This document shows, piece after piece, positions 7,153-10,190 of a stretch of 10,190 bases of DNA (its first letter is position 1; each line of letters opens with the position of its first letter). The stretch is from an uncultured delta proteobacterium. Its GTDB lineage: Bacteria; Desulfobacterota; RBG-13-43-22. Location of the stretch: positions 1-10,190 of the forward strand of contig CAWDKY010000040.1 in NCBI GenBank assembly GCA_963802945.1, given 5' to 3'. The notes below the pieces were generated by a model. That model saw nothing but the letters and a program-made list of their open reading frames with translations. It had not been told where the DNA came from and made no database searches. The translations under genes were made by a program, and so were the position numbers.

Positions 7153-7950
7153 ATGCTTTTTCAGGAATTTCCCATCCGACACATTAAACCCATAGCACCG
7201 GATATTTATCTCCTGAGCTTTACCTCCCGTCCTATTGCCGTGCAGTCCCGTCCTGGGCAGTTCGTCATGGTCCGCCCAACCAAATTTTCAGAGCCTCTCC
7301 TGCCCCGTCCTTTTTCTATCCATCGAGTCCAGGGAAATCAGGTGGAGCTCCTTTTCAAGGTAGTAGGCCAGGGGACCAGACAGTTAGCTGATCTGAAAAA
7401 AGGGGATCTTCTGGAAGTCAGAGGACCCTTGGGACAGGGATTCAATTTTGATATAAACCAGGACCCGATCCTGGTAGCCGGCGGGATAGGCGTGGCCCCT
7501 CTGCTCTTTTTAGCCGAAACCTGGAGGCATTCCCAAAAGAAAAACCCAAAATGGTCTTTCAAGCTTTTTATCGGCGCCAGGAATAAGGCCGAACTTCTTT
7601 TTCTGAAAGAATTTGAACAGGCTGGAGCAGAAGTATTCGCGGCCACGGAAGATGGGTCCTATGGCCGGAAAGGATTAGTGACCCAGTTGTTGGCCATGAC
7701 CATAAAAAGACCTTCTGCCAATCCAACGTTGTTCGTCTGTGGTCCAAATCCTATGTTGAAGACGGTTCGAAACTGGGCCGTTCAAAAAGGGATTCCCTGC
7801 CAACTGTCTTTGGAGACCCATATGGCCTGCGGCCTGGGGGCCTGTCTGGGGTGCGTGGTGGCCAGGAAAGAAGGTTCAGGTTTTTCTTATGTCAGAGTCT
7901 GTCAGGAAGGGCCGGTCTTTGAAGCCCGAGAGGTATTCTGGGATGAATAA
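7153..7950 (+). CDS. pyrK: Dihydroorotate dehydrogenase B electron transfer subunit (FAD/[2Fe-2S])
   Basis: PGQFVM, RPFS, GPLG, VAGGIGVAPL, TEDGSYG, CGPNPM and MACGLGACLGC..VCQEGPVF motifs; directly upstream of pyrD. Start is ATG 7153 or TTG 7147. Confidence 0.95.
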   Translation: MLFQEFPIRHIKPIAPDIYLLSFTSRPIAVQSRPGQFVMVRPTKFSEPLLPRPFSIHRVQGNQVELLFKVVGQGTRQLADLKKGDLLEVRGPLGQGFNFDINQDPILVAGGIGVAPLLFLAETWRHSQKKNPKWSFKLFIGARNKAELLFLKEFEQAGAEVFAATEDGSYGRKGLVTQLLAMTIKRPSANPTLFVCGPNPMLKTVRNWAVQKGIPCQLSLETHMACGLGACLGCVVARKEGSGFSYVRVCQEGPVFEAREVFWDE

Positions 7951-8869
7951 ACCCTTCGCTCCCGATCTCTCCATTACTATCGCCGGGATAAGGATGAAAA
8001 ATCCAGTCATGACCGCTTCCGGGACTTTCGGTTATGGAAAAGAATACGCGGACTTTTTGGATCTGAATCAATTGGGGGCCTTGATCACCAAAGGGATTTC
8101 CTTGAAACCCATGCCCGGCAATCCTCCTCCGAGGATCTGTGAAACCCCTTCGGGGATGCTAAATGCCGTCGGTCTTCAAAATGTGGGAGTGAAGGGTTTT
8201 ATTCAAGACAAACTTCCCTTCCTCTCGAAACTTCGTATCCCGGTAATCGTCAATATTTTAGGTCATTCCATCAGGGAATATCAGGAAGTGGCCAGACATC
8301 TGAATGATCAGCCGGGGATTTCCGCCCTGGAGGTCAATATCTCCTGCCCCAATGTGGCCCGAGGTGGAATGGCTTTCGGGGCACAGCCTCGAACGGCCTT
8401 CAAGGTCATTTCTAAAGTCCGTCAGGCCACCCGTCTGCCTCTGATGGCCAAGTTGACGCCCCAGGTAACCGATATTGCGGTTATAGCCAAAGCCATAGAA
8501 GGGGCCGGAGCAGATGCTGTTTCCTTAATCAACACCATCCCAGCCATGGCCGTGGATATTGACTCCCGGCATTCTAAACTGGGTCGTATCAAAGGTGGTC
8601 TATCCGGACCGGCCGTCAAACCCGTGGCCTTGCGATTGGTCTATCAGGTGGTTCAATCCGTTTCCATACCGGTTATCGGCATAGGAGGGATCCGGACGGC
8701 AGAAGATGCCTTGGAATTTCTCCTGGTCGGGGCTAAGGCCGTCCAGATCGGAACAGCCAATTTTATTCGGCCCACAACGATGTTGGAGGTCATCGAGGGA
8801 ATAAAAAAATATTTCACAAATAAAAAAATTCCCAGAATAACGGATTGGATAGGATCATTTATTTCTTGA
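7943..8869 (+). CDS. pyrD: Dihydroorotate dehydrogenase class 1B catalytic subunit
   Basis: NPVMTASGTFGYG, ITKG, GMLNAVGLQNVG, NISCPN (catalytic Cys), KLTP, INT, GGLSGPAVKP, IGIGGI and VQIGTANF. Start at ATG 7943 overlaps the pyrK end by 8 nt, which suggests translational coupling. Confidence 0.96.
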   Translation: MNKPFAPDLSITIAGIRMKNPVMTASGTFGYGKEYADFLDLNQLGALITKGISLKPMPGNPPPRICETPSGMLNAVGLQNVGVKGFIQDKLPFLSKLRIPVIVNILGHSIREYQEVARHLNDQPGISALEVNISCPNVARGGMAFGAQPRTAFKVISKVRQATRLPLMAKLTPQVTDIAVIAKAIEGAGADAVSLINTIPAMAVDIDSRHSKLGRIKGGLSGPAVKPVALRLVYQVVQSVSIPVIGIGGIRTAEDALEFLLVGAKAVQIGTANFIRPTTMLEVIEGIKKYFTNKKIPRITDWIGSFIS

Positions 8870-8896
8870 CAGCTTTGTCTCTTAAAAAAGCGTTGG

Positions 8897-8963
8897 AAGC
8901 TGAAAGTTCAAAGCTCAAAGTAATCGCTTCCTTGTTTGGACTTTGAGCCTTCAGCTTTGAGTT
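8897..8963. repeat. Inverted array of degenerate heptamers (CTSAAAG)n / (CTTTSAG)n forming a long imperfect hairpin
   Basis: Left arm AAGCTGAAAGTTCAAAGCTCAAAG (8897-8920) and right arm CTTTGAGCCTTCAGCTTTGAGTT (8941-8963). The inner 8 bp are perfect, 18 of 23 positions match overall, and the loop is 20 nt. Confidence 0.8.
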
Positions 8964-8996
8964 AAAGCAAATTTACCTCCCAATGATTTAACAATA

Positions 8997-9779
8997 ATGG
9001 ATTCCTTATTCCATCAAACCATCAACGGTCTTTCCTTCTTTCAGTTCCCGTTGTTTCAATCCATACCGGGATTGACTCATGGAATCTTCACCCGTCATGG
9101 CGGGAAAAGCCAAGGGGCTTACGCCAGTCTTAATTTAAGTTTTTCAGTGGGCGATGACCAACAAAAGGTGGTTGATAACAGGGAACTGCTGCTGAAAACC
9201 TTAGGAATCCCCGGCCTTCAGAGTCTAAAACAGGTGCATGGCAAAGAAACGGTGGAAATTCAAGACCAACCGTCCAAACAGTCACATTCGGCCCCGGAAT
9301 CAACATCCGGAGACATCCTGATGACCCAGGTGCCGAAACAGGGCTTGATGGTTAAACAAGCCGATTGTCAGTCCATTCTGCTCTATGACCCTGTTCACAA
9401 GGCCATTGCCAATGCTCATTGCGGCTGGCGGGGAAACGTGAATAATGTTATCGGGGAAGCCGTCAGAAAAATGAGGAAGGTTTATAAGACCAAACCATCC
9501 AGTCTGTTGGCGGGAATAGGACCCTCTCTGGGACCTTGTTGTGCCCAGTTCATCAATTACAAAAAGGAAATACCGGCCAAATATTGGACCTACCAGGTCC
9601 GCCCCTATTATTTTGATCTCTGGCGTTTAAGTCGGGATCAGTTGATGGCCGCCGGGGTTTTAGAGGACCATATTGAGATTGCCGGTATCTGCACCTCCTG
9701 CCGGACCAAAGACTTTTTTTCCTTTCGGAAGGAAAAGAAAACCGGCCGTTTTGCGACCGTTATTGCTTTAGGTGTATAA
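8997..9779 (+). CDS. pgeF: PgeF/YfiH family protein (peptidoglycan editing factor; laccase-domain, FAMIN-like purine nucleoside enzyme)
   Basis: FTRHGG, SLNL, QVHG, ADC, HCGWRG, IGPSLGPCC, FDL, CTSC, FFSFR and TGR motifs; 260 aa. Confidence 0.92.
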   Translation: MDSLFHQTINGLSFFQFPLFQSIPGLTHGIFTRHGGKSQGAYASLNLSFSVGDDQQKVVDNRELLLKTLGIPGLQSLKQVHGKETVEIQDQPSKQSHSAPESTSGDILMTQVPKQGLMVKQADCQSILLYDPVHKAIANAHCGWRGNVNNVIGEAVRKMRKVYKTKPSSLLAGIGPSLGPCCAQFINYKKEIPAKYWTYQVRPYYFDLWRLSRDQLMAAGVLEDHIEIAGICTSCRTKDFFSFRKEKKTGRFATVIALGV

Positions 9780-9911
9780 GTCAGGATTTGACTATACAGG
9801 CATTGTCAAGTGTGATGAAGACTTCTTCCTTGTTTATTCCAGTCAATAGTTTTTTATCTTTAAAGGCGTTATAGGTTTTGATTTACCAGGGGGGTTCCCC
9901 ATCGCTCTATG

Positions 9912-10096
9912 ACATCCTACCCAACCCTTGTGATTCGAAAGTCGTCTGAGAGACGCTTTGACCTTGCTTAATTGGAGTTAGGATGTTGACGGGGAGTCAT
10001 GAACTCTGTACTGGGAGGTCGCTTAAACGCCTCAATGGAAGAAAACGATGATCTCCCCGCCTGTGTGCTCATCCCTTAGGCCGCCTTTTTGAGCAC
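9912..10096 (-). ncRNA. Candidate bridge RNA / seekRNA
   Basis: 5' hairpin GTGCTCA/TGAGCAC (10096-10065). Stem-loop 1 (10061-9988) has a 14x14-nt internal loop. Stem-loop 2 (9986-9912) has a large internal loop. Both are capped by the same motif: 4 bp, a 3' bulged A, then a CG-started hairpin. Loop segments match the flanking junction. Confidence 0.65.
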
Positions 10097-10189
10097 CCTT
10101 CTTTCGAGGGTTTGATATTGTCCCACATAGTCGGTGTTGTCCCGAACGATGGCATGGATGATAGCAATACGTAATAGTTGTTTGAGTGA
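10076..10189 (-). CDS. C-terminal 37 aa of a probable IS110-family transposase (start outside the window, possibly truncated)
   Basis: Open frame SLKQLLRIAIIHAIVRDNTDYVGQYQTLERRVLKKAA*. It resembles the IS110 C-terminal helix (RKLL.II.A.VRD...Y) and the KKAA-type ending. Too short for the ORF track; no catalytic motifs are visible. Confidence 0.55.
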   Translation of the reverse strand, partial: SLKQLLRIAIIHAIVRDNTDYVGQYQTLERRVLKKAA

Positions 10190-10190
10190 G

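Larger units (their letters stand above)
9828..10190 (-). mobile_element. Right end of an IS110-superfamily element with a downstream non-coding region (IS1111-like layout)
   Basis: Transposase-like C-terminus, a ~250-nt structured non-coding tail, an outward-facing -35 TTGACT (9846-9841) and a putative end at core GG (CC on + strand, 9828-9829) defined by matches to the RNA loops. Confidence 0.65.

Noticed and set aside
2956-8619. Other overlapping ORFs (2956-3258, 3607-3894, 4350-4544, 4623-4919, 7338-7646, 8422-8619)
   Set aside because: Antisense shadows of real genes.
9788-9809. TTGAC...GTCAA inverted repeat after pgeF
   Set aside because: Only 5 perfect bp and no U-tract; insufficient to call a terminator or element end.
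9811-9816. TGTGAT, also found at 9929-9934 in loop 2 of the candidate RNA
   Set aside because: Only 6 nt, 11 nt away from the core, and in an orientation that does not fit the guide model; likely chance.

Overview
Bacterial chromosomal segment, probably from an anaerobic Desulfobacterota/deltaproteobacterium (inferred from gene content). A + strand housekeeping block comes first: the 3' part of a CoA-substrate-specific activase/DUF2229-type gene, a compact RNase E, an amidohydrolase and a YfcE-type metallophosphoesterase. Next is a visibly AT-richer insert (about 4175-7146) carrying a divergent bactofilin, an M23 peptidase-bactofilin pair and a decayed Y1/RAYT-type transposase tail. pyrK, pyrD and pgeF follow. 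The most striking signal is in the last ~360 bp. On the minus strand, an IS110-like transposase C-terminus is followed by a ~185-nt non-coding region that folds into a 5' hairpin plus two look-alike stem-loops with large internal loops. One loop segment matches each side of a putative insertion junction at 9823-9836. This is the architecture of a bridge RNA/seekRNA guide for RNA-guided recombination. All structures and matches were found by eye; no database search or folding program was run.
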